64,000 nucleotides of DNA from Oculina patagonica (Eukaryota): the NCBI RefSeq assembly GCF_052425735.1, contig NC_135761.1, forward strand, positions 64,356,001 to 64,420,000, written 5' to 3'. This document shows positions 41,828 through 53,783 of the stretch, piece after piece. Within the stretch, counting starts at the first letter, position 1; each line of letters starts with the position of its first letter. The notes under the pieces were generated by a model that was given only the letters and a program-made list of their open reading frames with translations, was not told where the DNA came from and ran no database searches. Position numbers and translations under genes: made by a program.

Positions 41828-42798
41828 TCGTACTCGTTCCCAGTACACCCGAGAAAGGGGGATACCCCCATCCCCCCTCTCTCACGTGATTTTTTAAAAA
41901 ATAGCTTCACAAGCGTGTGTTTTCTCAGAATCGCCGACCTAGAAAAAGCAATGTAGACTCATCTGCGCATGCGTTTAGTGCAAAGTATTAAGTTCCAGAT
42001 ACAACAAGGACAGTATGGCACTTTGTGAACCATATCTATAGGATGGTGGTCTTGCTAACTTTGTACACGTTCATTCCCAGGGTGCGCGGCCACTAGGGCT
42101 TAGGGAACATTGACACAAGGAAAAAAAAATATCCCCAGCGAGGACTCGAACCTCGATTGCCTACCTCAGCGGCAGGAGTGATACCCGTTACACTACCGGG
42201 GCTTTAGGACCACTTGTTACCGTTTTTTAGTGTCTTGTACCTTAACATAAAAAACCTGTTATTAAAAAAAACCTGTTTTTACACCTATTTTCTTGTCTTG
42301 TCGTTTTTTTCCGCGCGAGGACTGGAACCGAGTTCATTCTAACCGTCCGGGGCCTGGGACCGACACTCCAAACACCCTGGGGCCGACTCCTATGACGTCA
42401 TCACACCCCTAAGTCACGTGGTTTTCCCTTTTACGCCTATTTTCTTGTCTTGTCGTTTTTTTCGCGCAAGGACTGGGACCGAGTTCATTTCCACCGTCCG
42501 GGGCCTGGGACCGACACTCCAAACACCCTGGGGCCGACTCCTATGACGTCATCACACCCCTAAGTCACGTGGTTTTCCCTTTTACGCATTTTTACACCTA
42601 TTTTCGGATTTTTTTCCGCGCGGGGACTGGGCCGAGCTTTTTTCTACCGTCCGGGGACTGGGACCGACACTCCGAGGACCCTGGGACCGACTCCTATGAC
42701 GTCATCACCCCTCTAAGTCACGTGGTTTTCCCTTTACGCATGCGCAGAAATGCTGCTCTGTGATTGGCTGCTTCCGAATTTAAGCGCCCTTTACTACT
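41828..42798 (-). repeat. Right TIR of the Polinton
   Basis: Inverted copy of the left TIR ending in ACTACT at 42798. Confidence 0.95.
42131..42202 (-). tRNA. tRNA-Gln(CTG)-like Pol III gene in the right TIR
   Basis: Inverted copy of 23103-23174; the A run at 42121-42129 is its T terminator. Confidence 0.7.
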
Positions 42799-42912
42799 AC
42801 CCAACTCTTATGACGTCATCCACATCCTAGTCACGTGATTTTCTCTTCTACGCATGCGCAGAAATGCTGCTCTGTGATTGGCTGCTTCCGAATTTAAGCG
42901 CCCTTTACTACT
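42799..42912 (-). repeat. Second, variant Polinton terminus (114 bp)
   Basis: Terminal 64 bp identical to the TIR end, inner 50 bp diverged; followed by the TSD GACCAA. Confidence 0.9.
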
Positions 42913-42918
42913 GACCAA

Positions 42919-43466
42919 ACCCCCAAGCAGATATACCGTAACCATGAGAATGAGAAGAAGAGGGCTTATGCAGACAGGGTTCTTCAAGTAGAACAGGGAA
43001 CTTTCACTCCATTGGTGTTTACATCCACCGGAGGAATGGGCGAGGAGTGCAAGAGGTATCACAGTAGGCTTGCAGAATTAATCGCCGCAAAGAAAGGGGA
43101 GGATTACGCAACAACGGTGTCTTGGATCAGATCAAAAGTCTCATTTGCGATCCTCCGATCCGCCTTAATCTGCCTAAGGGGATCAAGAACTGTAAAGAGA
43201 AACAGGAACTTTGACATTTATGATATGGACTTTCAAGTAGAGAATTCTCGTACTGCAATTTAGATCGAATATTTTTTTTTTAATATATAGTTCTTCTTTT
43301 ATTATTGCTCTCGAAGTCGCTTTTACTATTTTTCTACATTTTTAAAGACACTGTTTTTATTATTATGTAAATAATATGTTTATATATAAAGTTCTTATTC
43401 GAATAGTCAAATCATTGTAATTCTTTTAGAAATTGGTTAATAAAGTTTTTATTTTTTTTTTAAAAA

Positions 43467-43470
<4 letters not shown>
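42919..43470 (+). mobile_element. CRE-clade retrotransposon remnant, right part, with 3' UTR ending in (ATT)n
   Basis: [39 protein letters not shown]...[16 protein letters not shown], in frame with 22335-22508. Confidence 0.75.
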
Positions 43471-43499
<29 letters not shown>

Positions 43500-43573
43500 A
43501 TTATTATTATTATTATTTAAAAAACCTTAATTAACAACATCTAAGATAATTCTCTGTGACGCAAAACTATTTA

Positions 43574-43612
<39 letters not shown>

Positions 43613-43669
43613 CATTAATAAAAAAAATAAGCGAAAAAATCGCTCGACGTTTCGGTGTCATCTTGGCAT

Positions 43670-43785
43670 AAATTAATTAAGATTAAAATAATAACTGTTC
43701 AGTGTTCATGTTCATTCCACTAGTTATGAGTGCAGTGGAATGAACGTGAAAACTGAACAGTTATTATTTTAATCTTAATTAATTT
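43670..43785. repeat. ~50-bp-arm hairpin/mini-MITE within the (ATT)n-rich region
   Basis: aattaagattaaaataataactgttcag...ctgaacagttattattttaatcttaatt inverted arms. Confidence 0.7.
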
Positions 43786-43927
43786 ATTCATTTTCGCACC
43801 TGCATTTTAGTATAAATTAGTTTCTTTTCGCACATTTATTTACTCCATAATGGTGCCAAGATGACACCGAAACGTCGGTCGATTTTTTCGCTTATTTTTG
43901 TTATTAATTGTATTTTCAAATGTAATC

Positions 43928-43970
<43 letters not shown>

Positions 43971-43971
<1 letters not shown>

Positions 43972-44160
43972 GCAAAAACCATGTCATTGATTAGAAACCG
44001 AATTTTATTTGCCTTATTAAGATCTGCACTCATTTATCTAAGAGGCTCTAGGGCACGAACACGAAGATCTCAACGAGTCAGTAAGAACACTGACATTGAC
44101 GTTGAAATTGCAGAAAGTGTGTATTGTAAATAGTTTAAATAGTTTTTCTTTTGTTTTTGA
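43971..44160 (+). mobile_element. Second, shorter CRE-type 3' fragment after (ATT)n
   Basis: AKTMSLIRNRILFALLRSALIYLRGSR is homologous to the first copy's C-terminus. Confidence 0.65.
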
Positions 44161-44768
44161 TTGCTACTCGCGTACGCCAGATCACATCAAACGCACAATG
44201 TAACCATTATGTTTCCTTTGCATTTTAAATCGCTCATTCCAATTTTAAACGCTTCTCAGCTTTTATTCATTTTCTATACAACATATTTTGCTTTTCATTT
44301 TAACGACCGTATCATAGAACCGTTTATTGTAAATATTATATGGGTCTCTGTAAGAAGCGGACCGGATGGCGGCGGATGGCGGATGATAAAAGGCGGATAA
44401 GAAAAGGCGGATGACAAAATGCGGATACCAAAAAAAAATTAAAAAATAAAGAAAGAACTTTTTTAATATATCAATAACTTAATCAATTAAATAATTTAAT
44501 TGATAAATTAATAAAAAAATTGAGAAGTAAATATTAGCACACTCAGTCCAGGAGATGTCTGACAAGACGAAAGAAACAGCCGATAAAAACTTTTTTCGAA
44601 AAAAAACCTCGACTTTCCTTGATCATCGGACTCCGGGGTGTTACTAAACTGAGGATCATCGCAGTATTGTTTGTGGATGGTTGCTCGACGTTATCACATA
44701 AAACTGGACAAAAAAAAAAAACAAACAAACAAACAGTAAATATATCCCAGACAATAAAGGGTTCCTTT

Positions 44769-45733
44769 TGCTACGAACTGGTACGGCTCAAATCTCTTAG
44801 CCGGGAATATCAAGAAGTACCAAGCCATGAGCATCGGCTTTAGTCAGAGCAATGGTAACATCCATGTAAACGGAGAGGAAATCAAGCCCACGGATAATCT
44901 TCAGCTTTTAGGCGTGACACTAGACTCCGATCTTAATTTCTCTGACCACATAAATCTTATCTGTAAAAAAGCTAGTCAAAGAATTTGCGTTTTAATGAGA
45001 TTAAGAAACCTAATTCCAACACAGTCAAAATTAACATTGTTCAAATGCGCCATCTTACCTTATGTTACCTATTGTCACTTAGTGTGGCACTTTTGCAAAG
45101 CTAGTGATACAAGAAAACTGGAGAGAATACAAGAAAGAGGCCTCAGAGCAGTCTTTAAGGATAACAACTCAAGTTATAATCAACTGCTCGAGAGGGCCGG
45201 ACTGCCCACATTACTTAATAGACGACTTCAAGACCTCTCTATTCTAATGTATAAAGTTAAACATAAGTTATGCTCCTATTATCTCTATCTTTTTCAGAAA
45301 TAACTCCAGTACGTATAACTTAAGACAATCTGACTTTACAATGCCTAGGTTTAACTCGGTGAAATACGGCAAGCAATCGATCAGATATCTAGGACCCAAA
45401 TTGTGGTCAAAATTACCAAAGAGCATAAGAGAGGCCACATCTCTCAGTATTTTTAAGACGAACATCAGAAATCTTAACAATCTTGATGCATTATTAGATG
45501 ATGGGTGCAGAGGCTGTCCGCTCTGCTCCTCCTAAAGAATTTTTAATTATGTATTATTGTATTATATAACATATTTTAACTTAGATTTAAATTTTATTAT
45601 TGTAAATAGCCATAGTTTTTTAGCATTTTCTTTCATTTCAACCCTTTTTTTTGTTATGTCCCCGTATTAGTGGGGGAGTTTTCCCCAGCTAGGTGGTTTA
45701 TGACATTTTAATAAAGTTTCTATCTATCTATTT
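44769..45733 (+). mobile_element. 5'-truncated L2/CR1-group LINE (end of RT ORF, 3' UTR, (TCTA)n tail)
   Basis: WY..N.L..N..KYQ, LLGVTLDSDLNF..HI..ICKKAS, ILPYVTYC..VW, LERIQ.R.LR; a frameshift near 45290; AATAAA then TCTA repeats. Confidence 0.85.
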
Positions 45734-45913
45734 ATCTCGAGCCGGAATTTCAAGATAGGATATCGAGTGAGGATTTCGTTAATTTACAGAAGACTTTCTC
45801 GCCCCGATCGAGACAATGAAACGTACAAAGCCGAAGTCAACGAAGCCGCAAGAATGAATATGGAAGACCTGAAAGTTACTAAGTTCGTACTGGGAAATTA
45901 AAAAAAAAAAGGA

Positions 45914-46032
45914 AACCCACAACAAAGGGTTTTCCAGTTGGTCACCCATCCAAGTACTAGCCCCGCCCAACAGGGCTTAACTTCGGCGATCGGACGAGAA
46001 CCGGTACTTTTCTTGTGGTATCAGTCCCAGAC
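45914..46032 (-). pseudogene. 5S rRNA-derived sequence (left arm)
   Basis: GATACCAC...CGGTTCTCGTCCGATC..CGAAGTTAAGC...TAGTACTTGGATGGGTGACC followed by a T run. Confidence 0.8.
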
Positions 46033-46160
46033 GAGACAAAGCGTTACAAAAGTCTTGCAAATAAATAAAAGAAATACCCGATCTTTAAAGTGATGTTTGG
46101 GCATTTCTCGTGCTATAACTGCGAGTTAACTGTAGATAAGCTGATTTGTCTGATTTACCC

Positions 46161-46279
46161 GCCCTTTCTGATACCACATAGAAGGCACAGGTTCTCGTCC
46201 GATCGATGAAGTTAAGCCCTGTTGGGCGGGGTTAGTACTTGGATGGGTGACCAACTGGAAAACCCTTTGTTGTGGGTTT
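46161..46279 (+). pseudogene. 5S rRNA-derived sequence (right arm)
   Basis: Same 5S hallmarks with recognisable box A and box C and a T-run terminator. Confidence 0.8.
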
Positions 46280-46456
46280 CCTTTTTTCAAAAAAAAATTC
46301 CAGTACGAACTTAGTAACTTTCAGGTCTTCCATATTCATTCTTACGGCTTCGTTGACTTCGGCTTTGTACGTTTCATTGTCTCGAGCGGGGCGAGAAAGT
46401 CTTCACTCGATATCCTATCTTGAAATCCCGGCTCGAGATCGACCTCAAAGGATTAA

Positions 46457-47306
46457 GGAGGCTCGATGTAGTTTTTTTTAGCCAAAGGGTGGTTGTTTTG
46501 AAAATTAAAATTATCTAGGAAGCCAGTATTCGATTTTTGCCAAAATACATCATAATGATCTAAAATGACCAAATTTTAATTTTTTACCCGTCACTTTGTC
46601 ACAAGGGTTACCATAGCAACGATTGACGTTTTCTTTTGTTCTCAAACAAGCTTGATTTTCTCGAAATCTAGATTGACTCTTGGTGTTTATTTCTTGATAT
46701 GTTAAAGTTTAGTAGATCGACTAACCGTTGACGAAATTTTAGAAAAATCTGTAAGAGCGTTTTCAAGTAAATCAAGAATGAAATTTTCAGAAAAACACCA
46801 TTTTAATATAAAATAGGCGCTTTAAAATTGTTTCGTATTATTTGAACACAGTTACTTTCACTGAAATATAAATACTTACACCACAAAAGACCAATAACTA
46901 AAAGCGAAAGACTTTTTGCTCTAATTTGTTAAAATATATCGACTGCCGATTGTAGGAAATTATAAGAAAATACCAAAAACTTCATTCTTGATTTACTCTA
47001 AAACGCTCTTACAAATTTTCCTAAAATTTTGTGTACAGGTAGTCAATCTACTATACTTGAACATATAAAAAAATGAATACCAAGAGTCAATCTAGATTTC
47101 GAGAAAATCAAGCTTGTTTGAGAACAAAAGAAAACGTCAATCGTTGCTATGGTAACCTTTGTGACAAAGTGACGGGTAAAAAATTAACATTTGGTCATAT
47201 TTGATCATTATGGTGTATTTTGGCAAAAATCGAACATTGGCTTCCTCGATAATTTAAATTTTCAAAACAACCACCCTTTGGCTAAAAAAAACTACATGGA
47301 GCCTCC
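46457..47306. mobile_element. TTAA-flanked palindromic MITE (Kolobok-like)
   Basis: TTAA|GGAGGCTC ... GAGCCTCC|TTAA with ~330-bp inverted arms. Confidence 0.75.
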
Positions 47307-50300
47307 TTAAGAAGAGATATATAGGAACCCTTTATTGTCTGGGATATATTTACTGTTTGTTTGTTTGTTTGTTTGTCTGTCCAGTTTTATGTGATAACGT
47401 CGAGCAACCACCAAACAATACTGTAACACCCCGGAGTCCGATGATAAAGGAAAGTCGAGGTTTTTTTTCGAAAAATGTTTTTATCGGCTGTTTCTTTCGT
47501 CTTGTCAGACATCTCCTGGACTGAATGTGCTAGTATTTACTTCTCAATTTATTTATAAATTTATCAATTAAATTATTTAATTGATTAAATTATTTATAAT
47601 TATTAAAAACGTTCTATCTTTATTTTTTAATTTTTTTTTGGTATCCGCATTTTGTCATCCGCCTTTCCTTATACGCCTTTTATCATCCGCCATCCGCCAT
47701 CCGGTCCTCTTTTTACAGAGACCCATATTATATAAAGCTACGTTGTAACGATTATTAGACGTCGTTATGTAAGTCTTCTATTACGAAGAATGGGTTCCAT
47801 TAAAGAAAATGTCTGGAAACCGGAAAATTCGTCTGCGTGCTTTCCGACAGTTTGTTCATTCGTCAGTTTTAATCAAGTAGTTATTTGGTCAGGAGTGTCA
47901 CCAGTTTTCAAACTATGAATACAGAAAAATTACGAACTTCCCCCTGAAAACAAGTCGCCCAATCTTAGACACAAAAATTATGCCGTTAAAAAGTTCCCAC
48001 CTCTCCCAGCCGAAAATAAGCCATAGACATACTGAATCTTGAAGAAAATGTATTTTCTTCCGAAATAAATGCGGAGCCTGGAACAAGCTAGATATAAGCC
48101 CTGTATTGTTTTGTACTTTACTATATAGATCCGTAATCGTTCGTAAACAAATACTGAGAAACTGGGTCACCTAAGCCTTTACAAACTCAAGCCACAACCC
48201 GGCTTGTTCCCATTTTCCTCGCATGCGGAGGAATTTTACCGTCTAATTTATATTTTTTACCGTCTAATTCGCCCCTTATTCTTTTCCAATATCAATCTTT
48301 CCAATTTTTAAAACGTAGACTTCTTTCGAATCCGATAAGAAGCCCCACCCCAGTGTCCCCAACAAAAGCAAGATGCAGTGATATAAAAAGCAAGTTGTCT
48401 GCCGCGCGTTATTAACATGTTTATTATTAAAGTAAATGGTTTATTATTCCTATGATGCGATGAGCGTCGCTTGTGCAGTGAGTCGTGAACTGAGAGTCAA
48501 ATATTTGTGAGAGAAAAATCTGCAAGTTAAATTAGCGCTATATGAACTGTCTCAGCATAACTCTTTATCGTGACAAGAGTTTCGCTGAAGTTTTCCCGAA
48601 AAGCTTGGTGGAAAAGAAAGTTGGAAGATTTGAGACATAGGTAAATGCTTTTGGTGTAACTAGGCTTACGATTGCTGTTGTCCTTGCACAAATTAGAGTC
48701 TACCGGGCCTACGCAGTTTCTTCGTAATTTACACGCAAACGCTTGTAATCACAAACCTTTTATTTTATCCTTTACAGCATCTATTAGAGGGTCCAACAAA
48801 GGGAAATTAACAGGTTCTACGCTGTGAACAGCCGTACGTTGTTAACTATCAAGGAAAACCTTCAAGACTTTGTAAGTTTACTTTTCGCTAACATAACTGT
48901 GGAGCATTGAACTGATTCATGTTGCAAAATACAGTAATTGACAGGGAGTTTGCCGAACGTTTCCTAACAAAAGCGATGTGCGGTGCAGTCTGTTGTACAA
49001 TCTAGTACTCAGTAATGTTGACAACATAGATATTTAGCATCTTGGTGTTGAAAAGAATAAATAGCTTGCCGACTTGATCGTCAACTTTTCTTTTTCTTGC
49101 CTACCGTGACCAATATATTCATGAAAGATGTCGATTAAGCGAAAGCCGACAGATTAAAGCATCAAGGCATGTTTAAACTGTACAAATCAAACTTTTCTCT
49201 TTATTTACGAACCGAAATTCCAACGCACTTAATATAGTTATACTTAATAATAGGAATAATATAGTTTCAGTTTTTCAACATGGAATGAAAATTTCTCGGT
49301 GCAAAACTACTGCTTCATTACCCTATTAAAACATTAAGAAGTTATTTTTGACGTAAGCTTCAGTCGCATTCCTTTTATATGGACTTCATGTTGTTTAAAG
49401 GTAACGAGCAACTGGCTCATTTGCAGGCGTGCGAGGAAAGTCTCTCAGTAACCTAATGCAGAGTATTGCAGGCCCTTCTGTCCTGTGTAAACAACTGAGT
49501 TCACATGACCCAAAACAATGCCAGTTGTGATGAATTTGCTTGAGAAATGACACAGTTTGAAATTGCTAAGGCGACAACCTCGAAAACTTGATCAGCACAA
49601 ATCTTAGAAAAGACGCTGTTAGCATTCGGGCGTTTTTAGCCCTGTCCAAGAAGATATCAACCATTTGCATAATTACAGAGGAATGTAAAGTATTCTTTCA
49701 ATAGAAACTGTTGGCTGTCATTACTTGACGAACTAGCTCAGTACGAAACCCACTGTTTAACATTGAATAAGAAAAAAACAATACTGTTCCCAAACACGTA
49801 CATCGTACGTATTAGCGAGACAATTCTCTCTTTATCGCTATTTGAATAAAACAGCGTCAGATTCACTAATAACTATTTACCATCATCTACATAGCAGCTG
49901 TAATGAGAAATAAAAAAAAATCTGTTTAGATTGCGCTTGAAAGATGGAGTAGCTTAAAAATTTGGGTTCGCAGAATTATCATGACTAGAGACGAGTAACT
50001 TACTGAGTATTTATTAGATTGTTTAATATTGTATATGCAAATTGCGAAAAATAGGCGATGAGCTAGCGCATGAACCGTGAGGTATTATTGCCAAATAAGC
50101 TTCTGTACGTTATGGCTTTATCATGTTAGCAGGCAAGAGCATTTTGAATAATTCTGGTGTTTTTGCCTTCCACTTTAAATTTAAACCGTTAAATAGACAT
50201 TTTGTGTGATAGGAGTACTGAAATAGAAACAGTTTGAATCCAAGCCCTCAGGCCAAGCTGTTATTTTCACTAATCTAAAAGTTGATGTCTACTCAAAATT

Positions 50301-50744
50301 CACTGGTCTTGTCAAAAAAGAAAGAAATATAAACACGTTATGACCAGCGTTTTTCCAAACATTATAATAAACATTTTTGTAAAGCATTCCTGTGAACAGA
50401 TTGGAACATTTTCCAAAACGACATCTTAGCACGTCATTAACCAAACCTTTATGTGATTTAATTAAAAACTATGATGCTAATCAATTTGGGTAACGGACCA
50501 TTCGTAGTGGAGCTATTAAATTGTTTTTTTTTTTCAGTCCCAGTATGAACCGATATCATATTATGTCATTTTAGGTGAAAAAACTCGTAAAACGGCGTAA
50601 CTGTTCTGTTCACTTATTTGTCATTTTTTCAACTACATGTAACATTAAAGCATCATTGTTGGATCGGGTTTCCTAAGATCTTCTCTAGATGTATGAGATC
50701 TTCTCTAGATGTAATTCAACTCTATCAGTAAGCCAGCCAGCCGA

Positions 50745-50810
50745 CCAGTCAGTCAGACAGTCAGTCAGTCAGTCAGTCAGTCAGTCAGTCAGTCAGTCAG
50801 TCAGTCAGTC
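50745..50810. repeat. (CAGT)n microsatellite
   Basis: Direct reading. Confidence 0.9.
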
Positions 50811-50896
50811 AAATAATTTTCATATCTCTTTTTAGGTTACAAGTTATTAATTCATTTTTTATTTTACAAACACTTCATAGCAGAAAAATTAAGACG

Positions 50897-51874
50897 ATGT
50901 CCCAGCCGCCGCCAGTAAAACTCATATCAGAGAGAGAGAACCAAGCATGGTGCGCCGTCTATGGCTTAGAGTCAGCGGCAATCATCATCGGCAACATCAT
51001 CATCATAGCTGCATTTGCCATTACCAAGTCCCTCCACAAGAAAACCTACCTGCTTCTTATCAGCTTAGCTGTAGCTGATCTCCTGGTGGGTGCCGTGTCT
51101 CTTCCGATGTATATTCATGTGATCGGTGGCCAGGTTACCCAGTGGTGGACTTTGGATGATCACGTGACACACACGCAGACGGCGATAGAGATCTTCACCT
51201 CGTACGCCTCCATTTTCTTTTTAGTGGCAATCGCTTTAGAGAGGCTTTTTGCTACGTTGTCACCATTTACTCATGATAATCTGAAACCATGGGTTTATTA
51301 CATCGTTATCGCATCAGTTTGGGTCCTCGCTCTTCTTCTTGGTATTTTGTCCTTTTTGCGTGAAGCACATGTTGGCGCCGCCGAAAACGAGGATGTATTT
51401 ATCTTTATTATGGTTATGCTTGCTCTTTCCATGCTTATTGTAGTGGTCTCGTATACTATAATCGCAGTCATTTTGCTTCGTTCTCGTGATAAGAGCGATG
51501 ATTTTGAGAAAAGAATGGCAGTCACTCTTTTGATCTTGACCGTAATTTTCTGGGTTACTTGGCTGCCATTCAAAGTAATCAATTACATTTTCCATTTTGA
51601 TAAGACTACAACCCTCTCGTGTACAGAAAATGATTTTGCCTGCCTCTACCATGCAGTATACGCTACGAAGTTCCTTCATTACTTCAACTCGGTAGTAAAT
51701 CCCATCGTGTACGCTCTGCGTGTGAAAGATTTTAGAAAGGGAGTGCGACGCATTTTTTGTGGGTGTCTCGAGGCGGAACCTCCTCACAACCCTCCCCTGG
51801 GGCAAGAAAAAGGAATCGATAACATGGTGTCCATGCAGTCCATTGATACTGTTGTTCCCTCCATGTTTTTGTAA
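50897..51874 (+). CDS. Rhodopsin-like (class A) GPCR, single coding exon
   Basis: GN in TM1, SLAVADLLVG, ALER, WLPF, NSVVNPIVY, FRK helix 8; paralogous in style to the GPCR at 7986-8963. Confidence 0.92.
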   Translation: MSQPPPVKLISERENQAWCAVYGLESAAIIIGNIIIIAAFAITKSLHKKTYLLLISLAVADLLVGAVSLPMYIHVIGGQVTQWWTLDDHVTHTQTAIEIFTSYASIFFLVAIALERLFATLSPFTHDNLKPWVYYIVIASVWVLALLLGILSFLREAHVGAAENEDVFIFIMVMLALSMLIVVVSYTIIAVILLRSRDKSDDFEKRMAVTLLILTVIFWVTWLPFKVINYIFHFDKTTTLSCTENDFACLYHAVYATKFLHYFNSVVNPIVYALRVKDFRKGVRRIFCGCLEAEPPHNPPLGQEKGIDNMVSMQSIDTVVPSMFL

Positions 51875-53783
51875 ATAGTCACCTTTAAATGGAGCAGGGA
51901 AGGGGAGGCAAGGAAGATTGTAGGGATGGGAGAGAACACTGAAGGTAACAACAATCAAGATGAGTTTTTGTAAAGAATGGAGCGGTTTTCCGATGAATGT
52001 TGTGAAAACCATGCGAGTCAAATGTAAAAAAGTAAATCTTTCATCTGATCTGTTAGATAACATTGGGCTTCATAACAAATTGTAAAATACAAAGAACAAT
52101 GATTGCACTTGTTGGAAAGTCATTTGAAAATCGTTCTACCATAGTTATCATTGTCATTCAAGCTGCATAGAAATTTGAAATGCCATTTTAGGGAAATTGA
52201 AATAATCGACCGAGTAACATTAGTCAGAATGTACGCTGGAAGTAAATAATTTTTATCAGTTAGTAGTAACTTAGAATCTTATGGATTTTTTGTTTTTCAT
52301 TGAAATACTATTAAACAACAATTCAAACGTGCTTTAGGCCCAAATGCGCAAGAATATATCTCAGGGCAAATGCTATTCACATTTACTTATTTAGTAGAGT
52401 GTGGGCGAAAAATATTCATATAGTAGTTGGTTTTTATAAACATGAAGAAATTGCGTCAAATACTCCTTTTTGCATGATATTGCTTTCTTGCTGTTGTAAT
52501 TGTAGCGAACGTAAAACAATATAAAAGCATTTTTTAAATATTTTATCAACTCTCTGTATGAGCAATTGTAACCATGGGCTGTAAATAGATTTTAATCGTT
52601 AAAACTCACTTGTAATGTAAACTAGTTACTTTTTTTAATTGTAGATATTTTGATGACTTGTCATGAATAAAACACGTGTACAATTCGTTTTAATTCTGTT
52701 TTCTTGACTTCACTGATTATTCAGTTTATTTTTTCAACAACTATGCTGATGAATAAAGTTGCCCAATAAACCTTCTTAATCAATTTTTATATGGAAAGAA
52801 TGGTGGTGAAATAATGATGGCATTTGCTTTATGCTCTCTGACTAATAAAAGGAATAAACTTGAAAAACAGTACAAGTTTTAAACTTCGAATCCAGGTCCC
52901 AGATGTCCAATGGATGGTTAACCCTTTCCACTGGATAAACCACTATATAAACAATAACCTCCACTTGGCGCGAAAATATGCACTGATAAATCACGGTCCA
53001 CGGACATTATCTGTTCCGAAAAGCGAACAGTTGGAGGAAAAAATTGAACTTCGAGGAACAAATAATATTCAAGGACAAATATCATATCATTTTTGATGCC
53101 AAATGAAGATTATGTTTATTATTCTTCAAATATTTTTTACACACAAGGCCGCTCATGTTGGGAATGTTCTTTTTCAAAAGTTCTTACACGTCGAGGTAAT
53201 TTTGTCGGTGTTTAATGCACGTATCAATGTTAAGCTGCTGGGAGGGGGGGGGGGGGGGGGAGGCCGGGCATTTGAACTTAGCTGAGACTTTCTGATCAAA
53301 TGCCCAACCCCAGGGCATTTGTGGATGTTCAAAAGAGTCACTAAACTTTAATTAAATATTGTAAATAAGATTTAAATTGCATCGAACTCGGAAAAAAATC
53401 CGAGTTCCAGATGGGATTTGAACCCACGACCCTCCGTGTAAGAAAGTCCATTACAACAGGCAAAAGTCCCCACTGCGGGCAAACAATTGCCGTTAAACCA
53501 ATCACGCACGCGAAAAAAATATTTGATGGATTATAAATGCTGGTAAACCTGGTGGGAAAGCAATTTACGCTAACTGGACAGTCAAAGGAGAGGATTGACT
53601 GCAGCTGATTGAGATCACACTGACGGACAATGATTTTGAATGAGTATCCCTGGGACGAGAATGTCTTTTACAGCAATCATGATGGCTTGCGGTATTTGTA
53701 AACAAGATGGCGGACAAACAGGCGGGGGTGTTGAATTGAACGGTTTTCCGGCTTCTAACACTGATCCCAGACGCTGAACAGCC

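Larger units (their letters stand above)
22509..42912. mobile_element. Complete Polinton/Maverick (adintovirus-type endogenous dsDNA virus), 20.4 kb
   Basis: AGTAGT...ACTACT termini; 6-bp TSD GACCAA at 22503-22508 and 42913-42918; ~1-kb TIRs; pPolB, integrase, MCP, penton, protease and ATPase ORFs all open. Confidence 0.98.
44342..47724. mobile_element. Non-autonomous MULE-like element with long TIRs and a 9-bp TSD, containing nested insertions
   Basis: ATATTATAT at 44333-44341 and 47725-47733; GGGTCTCTGTAA...TTACAGAGACCC termini; ~430-bp outer arms continue into inner arms at 45734-46032 and 46161-46439. Confidence 0.75.

Noticed and set aside
45914-46279. Bona fide 5S rDNA locus
   Set aside because: The terminal helix and several stems are diverged, and the copies are inverted inside a transposon rather than in a tandem array.
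51314-52063. 249-aa antisense ORF
   Set aside because: Antisense shadow of the GPCR coding sequence.
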